A stretch of 62,681 bases of DNA, the filler included. It is 4 parts of 4 records of this genome, joined end to end, with 100 filler letters (N's around TTAATTAATTAA, not from the genome) between each part and the next. Parts side by side here need not be neighbours in the genome. Positions count along the whole stretch, not along the records: positions 1 to 8,969 come from SRR22947725_6710; positions 9,070 to 17,089 come from SRR22947725_6714; 2 more parts are not named here. The stretch is one strand, 5' to 3'. Below the pieces are notes generated by a model, which was not told the DNA's origin, made no database searches, and saw nothing but the letters and a program-made list of their open reading frames with translations. The stretch's first letter is position 1, and every line of letters starts with the position of its first letter. The position numbers and the translations under genes are program-made. Below, one piece after another: positions 1-9,283 of the stretch.

Positions 1-122
1 TGGAGCTTTCTCAGACAAAAGCGTCACGGCCAATGGTGGTGCTGCAAGGGCCAGAGTGAAGGTGGATAGGCCGTGGAGCAGGCTTTGAGAAGCCCGTGGA
101 AGTCTTCGTTCTTCGGTCAAAA

Positions 123-440
123 CTACTCTCCTCCGCCACCGCCATCACCGCCATCGCTGTCCATGAACGTACCAGAGTTACCAGTGTACGAACCGTCCTC
201 GTGGAATTGTCCTGCCCCACCGCTCATCCAAAGTACAGAGCCATCAGCCGACACATCACCCTTGTACTGACGGTCACCGCACCGCTTGCAAACAATGTAA
301 GCCTTGCCCTCTGATAGATCAGCCGCATGATCTTGGCTAAACGCATGGTTCATACTGCCGCAGACTTTACATCTTCCGAAAAAAGCAATGACCCCTACTA
401 CAACCACACCTAACGCAAGACAAATTAGGACTATTTCCAT
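123..440 (-). CDS. Hypothetical membrane-anchored protein with two CxxC motifs (zinc-ribbon-like) and a Gly/Asp-rich tail
   Basis: N-terminal hydrophobic helix (IVLICLALGVVVVGVIAFF), CKVC...CKRC, C-terminal DGGDGGGGGE; ATG at 440 chosen, ORF extends to 467. Confidence 0.6.
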   Translation of the reverse strand: MEIVLICLALGVVVVGVIAFFGRCKVCGSMNHAFSQDHAADLSEGKAYIVCKRCGDRQYKGDVSADGSVLWMSGGAGQFHEDGSYTGNSGTFMDSDGGDGGGGGE

Positions 441-543
441 AAAAACGTGCTCCAGCGGTTGCATCACTTAACTGATTAAAAGCTTCTTAGAAGCCATACT
501 AGAACCTCATGAAAGATTCAGCACGTCAAGGCGTCACAATTAA

Positions 544-741
544 AGCTTTGGTCGGGTTACGGTAATAGAATTTAAACGTCTCTCTGACTCCGTTTTAACA
601 CCTTCAGCTTATACATTAAAAACAAGAACTGTTATACCCGGAGGAAACAGCTGGCAAATAAACAGATTGACTGGTGAGTTGACTGCTTATGAAGGAAGAG
701 GGCCTTGCAAGGAAGCTGATGATATAAAGCCCAAGTTTTAG
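544..741 (+). pseudogene. Possible 5'-truncated remnant of a small hypothetical protein
   Basis: Open frame without ATG reading ...IEFKRLSDSVLTPSAYTLKTRTVIPGGNSWQINRLTGELTAYEGRGPCKEADDIKPKF*, protein-like but no start. Confidence 0.25.
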
Positions 742-1096
742 TAATGCAACCTGCGAGAAGTTTGAACAGCTGGACAGGGCGGTCAGGGATAAAAACTCTG
801 ATGAGAAGCTGAAGTTAACGAATGAGTTCCTAGATGCCTTTCTGCCTTAGGTAGCCAACGCTTCTGACCTGAAGAAGTGCTGAGTGAGTGCCTATATTGG
901 AGCCTGAGGGGCTTGAGGCAACACCCAGAAACCTGAGTTTTTCTTAATCAAAAACCTATGAACTCACTGTCTTCGGTTGTTGAGCCGTTAGTAGTAGTCC
1001 CTTTTTTTAAAAATTGGCTTCTTTTGTGTCTGGGTGGGAACTACAACTACCAACAGACGGCAGACCTCTCCCCGTACCCCAAAGCAACGCCTACTC

Positions 1097-1459
1097 TCAT
1101 TCTTTTGAGCGAGAGAGCAAGACCATTCTGACAAGGGCCTTCACGAAATATCCATAAACCACCGTTAGTAGCATGATTGCAATTGCTGGACCCAGCGCAT
1201 CTAAATCTTTCACATTACCCGCGATAATAACTGCTCCAATTAATGCTCCTATCCACCCGCTAAGAACTGCTCCCTCCGAAAACGCATTAAGTCTTCCCTC
1301 CGCATACCATTTCCCATTGGCGCAAATACCAAAACAGACTGCTCCGCCCAAAACGATAAGTAAGGAAGCCGTATCTAGGAAAGCTGGGATATTTGCGGAA
1401 ATTGCTGCTCCCGTCACTGCTACAAACAAAAGAATTGCTATGCAGGCTTTAAGATTCAT
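1097..1459 (-). CDS. Short MotA/PomA-like four-TM membrane protein lacking the cytoplasmic domain
   Basis: FLDTASLLIVLGG resembles MotA TM2; GWIGALIG and DLDALGPAIAIMLLTVVYG resemble TM3/TM4; GGAG RBS before ATG 1459. Confidence 0.65.
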   Translation of the reverse strand: MNLKACIAILLFVAVTGAAISANIPAFLDTASLLIVLGGAVCFGICANGKWYAEGRLNAFSEGAVLSGWIGALIGAVIIAGNVKDLDALGPAIAIMLLTVVYGYFVKALVRMVLLSRSKE

Positions 1460-1556
1460 AGTGTATCTCCAGATTGATTTTGAGTATCGATGCAACCACC
1501 AATCTTTTACACTCCACAGGTGTCTTTTGCAACAAGGAAAGATATTAAAGGCATCT

Positions 1557-1578
1557 CGGTATACTTTCGGTATACTTT
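1557..1578. repeat. Perfect tandem 11-bp repeat CGGTATACTTT x2, putative integrase arm-type sites
   Basis: Read directly; lies ~60 bp from the tRNA-3'-like core. Confidence 0.6.
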
Positions 1579-1636
1579 TAACTGATAAAAGGCCATGGAG
1601 CCTTTAAAAATATAGGGTTTTATAGGGGGTTAGGGC

Positions 1637-1651
1637 GTCTCCTCGGCACCA
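1637..1651 (+). mobile_element. Putative attR: duplicated 3' end of a tRNA-Leu (GTCTCCTCGGCACCA) marking an island boundary
   Basis: Ends in GGCACCA like tRNA-Leu acceptor 3' ends, no tRNA body upstream, composition shifts here, arm-like repeats adjacent. Confidence 0.5.
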
Positions 1652-1783
1652 ATTGAAAGGCCGCTGATCTGTCCTCTACTGAGCTTCACACCCAGCATCT
1701 TGCGCGCCATTGTAACGCAATGCTGGCAATGACCCCTAGATTTTCTCACCAACGGTTAATCAACGCCAAGGACCCTACGGGCC

Positions 1784-2839
1784 CTAGTCGACCAAACCAG
1801 CAATTTCGGAGCTTGTTAGCCCCGAATTTTCGGCAGCCTCGCAAATCGCACCCCAAGATTGCGGGTCAATCGGGATCCCCGAGGAAAGCCTTTCACGCCG
1901 GGATGCCCGCTCGGGATCACCGGGCAAGCGCACCTCATCAAACCCTTCGGCTGGGGCTGCGCTGCGAGCATAGGCTTGCATGCCCGCGACTTCACGACGG
2001 AACCCTTGCACGCCACCAAACACGTTGGGGTCAAGAATCAGCATTAACATATGATTGACCGTGATCTCTTTCTGCTGATCAATATCCTGCATCGTCCATT
2101 CGCCCGCTAAGGCGCCGCCCAGCAACTCGCACATGAGGGCAAGACCAGAACCCTTGTGCTGCCCAAAAGGCCCGAGTGATCCACCTTCGGCAATAACTGC
2201 CGGGTCTCGCGTTGGTCTGCCTGCCGCATCGAACAAGGCATTTTCAGGCACCAGTTCATTTTTCATATCCGCCACGCGAACCTTGCCCAAAGCGATGGCG
2301 CTCGTCGCCATGTCCAGAATCAATGGCTCGGACTCAGTCGGCACACCACAGCAAAACGGGTTGGTTTGAAGGCGTTTATCGCGCCCACCCCACATTGAAA
2401 CAAAGGGTGGATGCCCCACCACGTTGACAAAGTGAATTGAAACCATGCCTGCGGCCACGCACTGCTCTGCATAAGACCCGATCCGGCCTAAATGATGGTT
2501 GTTTCGAGAACCAATGCAAGCTATGCCCATCGCTTTGGCTTTCTCGATCCCTAAATCAGTCGCCTGACGACCCACCACCTGACCAAAGCCAAAGCCGCCA
2601 TCAACCAATAAGACAGCGCCTTGATCTTTCACAACTCTTGCGTCGGCATTCACCTGTAGACCGCCCCGCAGCGCACTGCCCACGTAGTTTGGAATCATGC
2701 CAACACCGTGAGAGTCGTGACCCTTTAAGTTTGCCTCAACCAAGTGATCGGCGGTTTCGAAGGCTTTGTCCGGTTGCGCGCCTAGGCGCTCAAAAACAGC
2801 CTGCGCAAACCCTTTCAGTTTTTCATGGTTTATTAACAT
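1784..2839 (-). CDS. Ldh_2 family (type 2 malate/L-lactate/hydroxycarboxylate dehydrogenase, HcxB/YbiC-like)
   Basis: GHDSHG, HLGRIG, TNPFC, LDMATS, HKGSGL motifs. Confidence 0.9.
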   Translation of the reverse strand: MLINHEKLKGFAQAVFERLGAQPDKAFETADHLVEANLKGHDSHGVGMIPNYVGSALRGGLQVNADARVVKDQGAVLLVDGGFGFGQVVGRQATDLGIEKAKAMGIACIGSRNNHHLGRIGSYAEQCVAAGMVSIHFVNVVGHPPFVSMWGGRDKRLQTNPFCCGVPTESEPLILDMATSAIALGKVRVADMKNELVPENALFDAAGRPTRDPAVIAEGGSLGPFGQHKGSGLALMCELLGGALAGEWTMQDIDQQKEITVNHMLMLILDPNVFGGVQGFRREVAGMQAYARSAAPAEGFDEVRLPGDPERASRRERLSSGIPIDPQSWGAICEAAENSGLTSSEIAGLVD

Positions 2840-3065
2840 CGATCTGCTCCTTGTAAGGATAGGTTGTACCAGTTTTGTCGTATCGCCTTGACTGCTCTAA
2901 TGAGCGGACACGCCAAAAGACACCTTGGTGATGCTGTCTTGCAGACCCAATAAAACTTGGCGCAGCATTCTGAAATTAGATTACACGAGGCCTGCCCGCA
3001 GGATCCAGCCGATATCAGGGGCAACAGCGCACGCTTTTTAGGTGACGCATTGCCAAACGAGGTGA

Positions 3066-4031
3066 TCAATCATAGATCGGATGAAAGGTGTTAAACGCGG
3101 CCTCACAGAAAGCGCCTGGATCATTAAACCGACGGTTTTGATTCAGCCGACTAATCCGATCCATCTGTTCTTTTGATAACACGAAATCTGTGATCGCAAG
3201 ATTTTCACGCATTCGATGCCCCTGAACGCTTTTAACAATGACCGATGTTTGTCTTTGAACGCCCCACCGCAGCACGATTTGCGCCGGTGTTTTCGAGGCC
3301 TCGCCCGCTATCTCGCGAATGGTTGGATGATCCAGCACCAACTCTTGTGCATCGGCCATATCCAATTCTAAATACGAGGTCGCACCAAGCGGTGAAAAGG
3401 CCGAAACCGCCAAGCCCTTTTGTTGGGCAAATCGAATCATCCGTTCTTGGGTTAAATAAGGATGGGCTTCTAGCTGCAACACTTCTGGGGCCGTCGCCGC
3501 ATAGTTCATCAGGTCTTGAAGCAACCCCGCATTATAGTTGCAGACACCAATATGGCCGACCCGGCCAGAAGCCTTGAGCTGCGACATCGCCGCCCAAGTA
3601 TCCTGCAAAGGCACTTTTGCGAGGCGCATTACGGGTTCAGCTGCGTCAGGGTCCTCGATCCATTCAGGCGGGTAGCGCGTCTCGAAGGGCACAAACGCCA
3701 ATGCAATTGGGAAATGAACCAGGTACAAATCCAAATAATCCAGCTGTAAATCGCGCAGCGTCCGATCAAGCGCCATGGGAACGTGGTCTGGATGATGGTA
3801 GGTGTTCCAAAGTTTAGAGGTAATCCAAAGATCAGAGCGCGCGCACAACCCAGCAGCCAGTGCCCGGGCCAGGCCTTCGCCCACCTGCGCCTCGTTGCCA
3901 TAATCCGCAGCAGAATCAAAATGACGATAACCGGCTTTTACCGCTTCAAAAACAACCTCTGCGCATCCCGCCTGGGGTATTTTCCACAACCCAAACCCAA
4001 TTCCAGGCATATCCTTTATCGTGCTAAACAT
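3066..4031 (-). CDS. Aldo/keto reductase, xylose-reductase (AKR2)-like
   Basis: GFGLWK, DSAADYGNE, TSKLWN, DLYLVHFP, RYPP, RFNDP motifs. Confidence 0.9.
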   Translation of the reverse strand: MFSTIKDMPGIGFGLWKIPQAGCAEVVFEAVKAGYRHFDSAADYGNEAQVGEGLARALAAGLCARSDLWITSKLWNTYHHPDHVPMALDRTLRDLQLDYLDLYLVHFPIALAFVPFETRYPPEWIEDPDAAEPVMRLAKVPLQDTWAAMSQLKASGRVGHIGVCNYNAGLLQDLMNYAATAPEVLQLEAHPYLTQERMIRFAQQKGLAVSAFSPLGATSYLELDMADAQELVLDHPTIREIAGEASKTPAQIVLRWGVQRQTSVIVKSVQGHRMRENLAITDFVLSKEQMDRISRLNQNRRFNDPGAFCEAAFNTFHPIYD

Positions 4032-4127
4032 CCCACTCCCTTTTGATGAAGTCTTGATCGAACGCGCACATTATGAGTCGACCCGATAAGACCGCGCAAA
4101 CGGAAGGCCCCGCCCTGATTGTGCGGC

Positions 4128-5417
<1,290 letters not shown>

Positions 5418-6590
5418 TCATTCACTCGTAATCTCTCTAAGTTGCCACTCGTCTGTCAGCCAAACCAGGTCCCAATCGCCAGGAGATTTAATCGCTTCGC
5501 CTTCAAGCACAATATCTCCCGAGGCTCGCAGCTGTTCAGTCATTCGCCACTGTTCTTGCAGATTGCCATCGGCATGGGCAACCACATGAACACGCCTGGC
5601 GTCTGGCACGGTGGGAATGGTTTCGCTGATCATCAGCAGTTCGATATCAAATCCGGTGGCAGGACGCGCCCGGCCGAACACAGCGCCAATATTATCGTAA
5701 CGGCCGCCCCGAGCCACGCTCTGACCCGACTCTCGGAGGAACACCGAAAAAACCATGCCCGTGTGATAATGCAGCCCGCGCAATTCCGATAAATCAAAGC
5801 TCACTTGCACATTTTGATTTCGGGCACTGATCAGTTCGCTGAGATAAGCCAAGTCATCGATTGCAGCAACGAGGCCCGGCCAATCTTTGAATTTGTCTTT
5901 GACTTGATCAAGAATTCGGTTGTCACCAGCCATCATCGGGAGCTCACAGATCAATTCAGCGAGCGCGTCGGGCAGTGCGTGCCTCTGGGTCATCTCCGCC
6001 AATTCGTCGTGCGCTTTTTTTTGAACCAAATCAAAGAATTGCGTCTGAACCGAGTCCGGCAATCCTGTCTCGGCCATCAGCGCCCTAAAAAATCGCACGT
6101 CGCCCAGTTCAAGCTGAACCGATTGCATGCCCAATTGATTAAGCGCTTCAATCATCAAACTGATGATCTCGACATCCCCTGCAAGGCTTGGTTCACCGAA
6201 GAGCTCGGCACCCACTTTCAGGGGACTACGCGATGCCAGCATGTGCGCCGGGCGACTTTGCAAAACAAAATCCGCATAGCATAGTCGGGTCACCGCATCC
6301 TGAGCCAAGCTGTGTGCATCGATCCGTGCCGCTTGAGGGGTCAAGTCTGCCGGCAGACCCATCATCCGGCCTGACAGCTGATCAATCACTTTAAAGGTTT
6401 TTAGATCGAGATCTCGCCCGGTACCGGTTAGCAGCGATTCCAGATACTCTAGCTTTGGTGGAATGATGTACTCATATCCCCAGCTTCGAAAGAGGTCCAA
6501 CAGAATCCTGCGACCTTGCTCTATCTTGCTCGCAGTCTCAGGCAAGATGTCTTCGACACCATCTGGGAGGAGCCAGTGCTCTATGGTCAT
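5418..6590 (-). CDS. hisZ: ATP phosphoribosyltransferase regulatory subunit
   Basis: WLLPDGVEDILP start, GGRYD, RPATGF; lies between hflC and purA. Confidence 0.95.
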   Translation of the reverse strand: MTIEHWLLPDGVEDILPETASKIEQGRRILLDLFRSWGYEYIIPPKLEYLESLLTGTGRDLDLKTFKVIDQLSGRMMGLPADLTPQAARIDAHSLAQDAVTRLCYADFVLQSRPAHMLASRSPLKVGAELFGEPSLAGDVEIISLMIEALNQLGMQSVQLELGDVRFFRALMAETGLPDSVQTQFFDLVQKKAHDELAEMTQRHALPDALAELICELPMMAGDNRILDQVKDKFKDWPGLVAAIDDLAYLSELISARNQNVQVSFDLSELRGLHYHTGMVFSVFLRESGQSVARGGRYDNIGAVFGRARPATGFDIELLMISETIPTVPDARRVHVVAHADGNLQEQWRMTEQLRASGDIVLEGEAIKSPGDWDLVWLTDEWQLREITSE

Positions 6591-6604
6591 AACGCCCTTA
6601 CTTC

Positions 6605-6796
6605 CTAACCGTTCAACCAGTACAGCATCAAGGTGCCGAGCACCATCAATACCAGACCGTATATTCTAAGCATTCGTTCATCGAGTCCCTGAGCCTGCAT
6701 CACCATTGCCTTCCAAGCCTTAGGTGACGCAAACGGCAACAGGCCCTCAATAACCAGCACCAGACAAAGCGCGATCCAAAGATGATCCAGCGTCAT
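6605..6796 (-). CDS. DUF2065 small membrane protein (YjeT-like)
   Basis: ALCLVLVIEGLLPF...LRIYGL, canonical position after hflC. Confidence 0.9.
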   Translation of the reverse strand: MTLDHLWIALCLVLVIEGLLPFASPKAWKAMVMQAQGLDERMLRIYGLVLMVLGTLMLYWLNG

Positions 6797-6837
6797 CTGC
6801 TGACAAGCCTTACCTGCCTACAAGCCGAGGGCGATGA

Positions 6838-7713
6838 TCATTTTTCTAGGGTACTGTTGTTCAAATATTTAAAGAAGTCGCTGTTGGGATCCAAAATAAG
6901 CATATCGCTCTTTTGCGCAAAGGTGCGTTTATATGCCGCCATGCTGCGATAAAACTTGTAGAACTCTTTGTCTTCATTAAATGCCTTGGCATAGGTTCCT
7001 GCCGCCTCTGCATCGCCCTCACCCCGAACGATCTCAGCTTGACCATAGGCCTGAGCTAAAATGACTTCCCGCTGCCGGTCCGCATCCGCTCGAATACCCA
7101 CCGCGAGTTCCTGGCCTTTCGCACGATGCTCTTTGGCTTCGATATCACGCTCAGTATTCATTCGATTGTAAACCGACTGACTCACCTCTTGGGGCAAATC
7201 AATGCGTTTGACTCGAACATCAACGACTTCTACCCCGAGCTCTTGGTTCGCCACCTCATTCAGGCTGGCAACCAGATCGATCATTAACTCATCGCGCTGT
7301 CCAGACACAACTTCATGTAAGGTGCGCTTACTGATCTCGTTTCGCAGACCATTATTGATTCGTTGCTTCAACAGTTCTTCTGCCCGACGCTGATCACCGG
7401 AGGTTGCGGTATAGTATTTATCAACTTTCTTGATTCTGAACTTGGCAAAAGAATCAACAATCAACGCCTTTTTTTCCAAGGTTAAAAACCGCTCGGCTGG
7501 CGCATCCACCGTGAGGACACGACCATCAAAGGCTCTTACTTCCTCGATAAACGGCAGTTTCAAGTGGATGCCCGTTGGGATATCGGCATTCACCACAGCA
7601 CCCACCCGCAATAATACCCCGCGCTCCATCTCATTGAGGATATAAATAGAATTGGAGCCGACAAACAATAGGCCGGCCACGAAAACGATAATGACTGCTA
7701 AACGATTCGACAT
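6838..7713 (-). CDS. hflC: FtsH protease modulator HflC
   Basis: SPFH domain, DVRVKRIDLP, FYKFYRSM. Confidence 0.97.
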   Translation of the reverse strand: MSNRLAVIIVFVAGLLFVGSNSIYILNEMERGVLLRVGAVVNADIPTGIHLKLPFIEEVRAFDGRVLTVDAPAERFLTLEKKALIVDSFAKFRIKKVDKYYTATSGDQRRAEELLKQRINNGLRNEISKRTLHEVVSGQRDELMIDLVASLNEVANQELGVEVVDVRVKRIDLPQEVSQSVYNRMNTERDIEAKEHRAKGQELAVGIRADADRQREVILAQAYGQAEIVRGEGDAEAAGTYAKAFNEDKEFYKFYRSMAAYKRTFAQKSDMLILDPNSDFFKYLNNSTLEK

Positions 7714-7731
7714 GGTGTCTCTCCTAAGGTT

Positions 7732-8868
7732 TTACTGTCGATCCCGACGGGTTCGGACGGAGGTGTTATCTTGCGGACGCTGGGAGATCGAGTCCGATCC
7801 GGCCATACCGCCATTGAGTCTTGACACCGCGCCGGCTTGTTGCATCATCCGATCAAGTGGCAGGTACATCATGTTATTACCGCCTTCAACATCGATCATG
7901 ACCTTCGACGCATTCGACATAACGGCTTCCATCGTGTCGAGATACATTCGCTCGCGCGTCACTTCTGGCGCGGCTTTGTATTCGACGTAGAGCTTGCTAA
8001 ACCGCTGGGCTTCACCGTTTGCCTGCGCAACAACGCGCTGCCGATAACCTTCAGACTCCTCCAGATAACGTTGCGCCTCACCTCGCGCCTCCGGTATTAC
8101 TTGGTTAGCATAGGCATCTGCTTCGTTACGAACCCGAACTTCGTCTTCTCGCGCTCGAATCACTTCATCAAAAGCTTCCCGGACCGCGTCCGGTGGCGCA
8201 GTCTCATCAACGTTAACCTGTGTCACAAAGATCCCTGTGCCATAGGTGTTCATATAGTCCTGAATTCGGATTTTGATTTCATCCCCCATCACGGCCCGGC
8301 CTTCGGTTAGCACCTCATCCATTTCGGTGCTGCCAACCACATGCCGAACGGCACTTTCGGTGGACTGATGCAGACTTTTTTCTGGCTCTCTGACTTGCAA
8401 TGCGTAGTCTTTCACGTTGTCGATCACGTACTGCACCGTGAGCTTAACCTTCACAATGTTTTCGTCTTCGGTCAGCATTTCCGAGTCGTGCGGATGCGAG
8501 CGAACTCTTGAGGTATTGTGGATGATCACTTGGTCTACAATCGGTGGGTACCAACTCAGACCCGGCATGACAACCGCTTCCTGAACCTTACCAAATCGAA
8601 GGACAACGCCGCGTTCTTGTTCGTCCAATGTATAGATGCCCATAAAGCCATAACCGATGACAAGCACCCCTAGCACGATGGCAACCAGGGACGATTTCAA
8701 TCCACCCCCGCCGGCAGAAGCCCCGCCAGCGCCGCTCCCGCCGCCGAACATACCACCTAAATTCTCTTTAAGTTTCTTAAACGCCTCATCTAAATCGGGC
8801 GGCCCCTGGTCTTGGCGACTGCCCCAAGGGTCTTTCTCACCATTATTTCCGGGTTCATTCCACGCCAT
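7732..8868 (-). CDS. hflK: FtsH protease modulator HflK
   Basis: MAWNEPG...DPWG...GPPDLDE, APEVTRERMY, YLPLD. Confidence 0.97.
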   Translation of the reverse strand: MAWNEPGNNGEKDPWGSRQDQGPPDLDEAFKKLKENLGGMFGGGSGAGGASAGGGGLKSSLVAIVLGVLVIGYGFMGIYTLDEQERGVVLRFGKVQEAVVMPGLSWYPPIVDQVIIHNTSRVRSHPHDSEMLTEDENIVKVKLTVQYVIDNVKDYALQVREPEKSLHQSTESAVRHVVGSTEMDEVLTEGRAVMGDEIKIRIQDYMNTYGTGIFVTQVNVDETAPPDAVREAFDEVIRAREDEVRVRNEADAYANQVIPEARGEAQRYLEESEGYRQRVVAQANGEAQRFSKLYVEYKAAPEVTRERMYLDTMEAVMSNASKVMIDVEGGNNMMYLPLDRMMQQAGAVSRLNGGMAGSDSISQRPQDNTSVRTRRDRQ

Positions 8869-8969
8869 AGTCTTCTCCAAATCCTGAGATATCGTTTATC
8901 TTCCCACTTATTGCATCAAGTTGCATTGCTTAACCTGCTTTCATCGCAGTTAACGCCGCATTCAGTCTG

Positions 8970-9069
8970 NNNNNNNNNNNNNNNNNNNNNNNNNNNNNNN
9001 NNNNNNNNNNNNNTTAATTAATTAANNNNNNNNNNNNNNNNNNNNNNNNNNNNNNNNNNNNNNNNNNNN
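8970..9069. other. Artificial contig spacer (N44-TTAATTAATTAA-N44)
   Basis: Six-frame-stop linker flanked by N; composition changes abruptly across it. Confidence 0.98.
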
Positions 9070-9200
9070 GAAAGCTGAACTTCAATTCCTATGTTTGGTG
9101 TTAAAATAAGTGCTGAGGCAAGATTGAATTTTAATTCAGTTTGTGCAGCTCCAAATGTAAAAATTAAAAGAAAAAGCAGAGTTGTTGTTTTTTTAAACAT
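9070..9200 (-). CDS. N-terminal fragment of a DUF3575-like Bacteroidota outer-membrane protein (cut by contig end)
   Basis: Signal peptide then AQTELKFNLASALILTPNIGIE. Confidence 0.6.
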
Positions 9201-9256
9201 TTAAGCAAGTTATAGATAATTAGACTTCAATAATAATAAAATAATTTGTTTTTCAG

Positions 9257-9264
9257 TATCTTCG
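9257..9264 (+). promoter_or_regulatory. Bacteroidota-type -7 promoter element variant (TATCTTCG)
   Basis: Near match to TAnnTTTG, ~20 nt upstream of the operon start; A-rich leader without SD. Confidence 0.35.
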
Positions 9265-9283
9265 TGAGTTCAATAATTTTAAT

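Noticed and set aside
1097..1459. Calling the MotA-like gene a Zorya defence system
   Set aside because: No ZorB or ZorC/D/E in the window and no long ZorA tail
1621..1651. Possible intact tRNA
   Set aside because: Only the 3' ~15 nt fit; no TTCGA T-loop, D arm or anticodon arm. The same applies at 47460-47473
9014..9025. TTAATTAATTAA recurring three times in the window
   Set aside because: Synthetic six-frame-stop linker inside N runs, not a biological repeat or CRISPR
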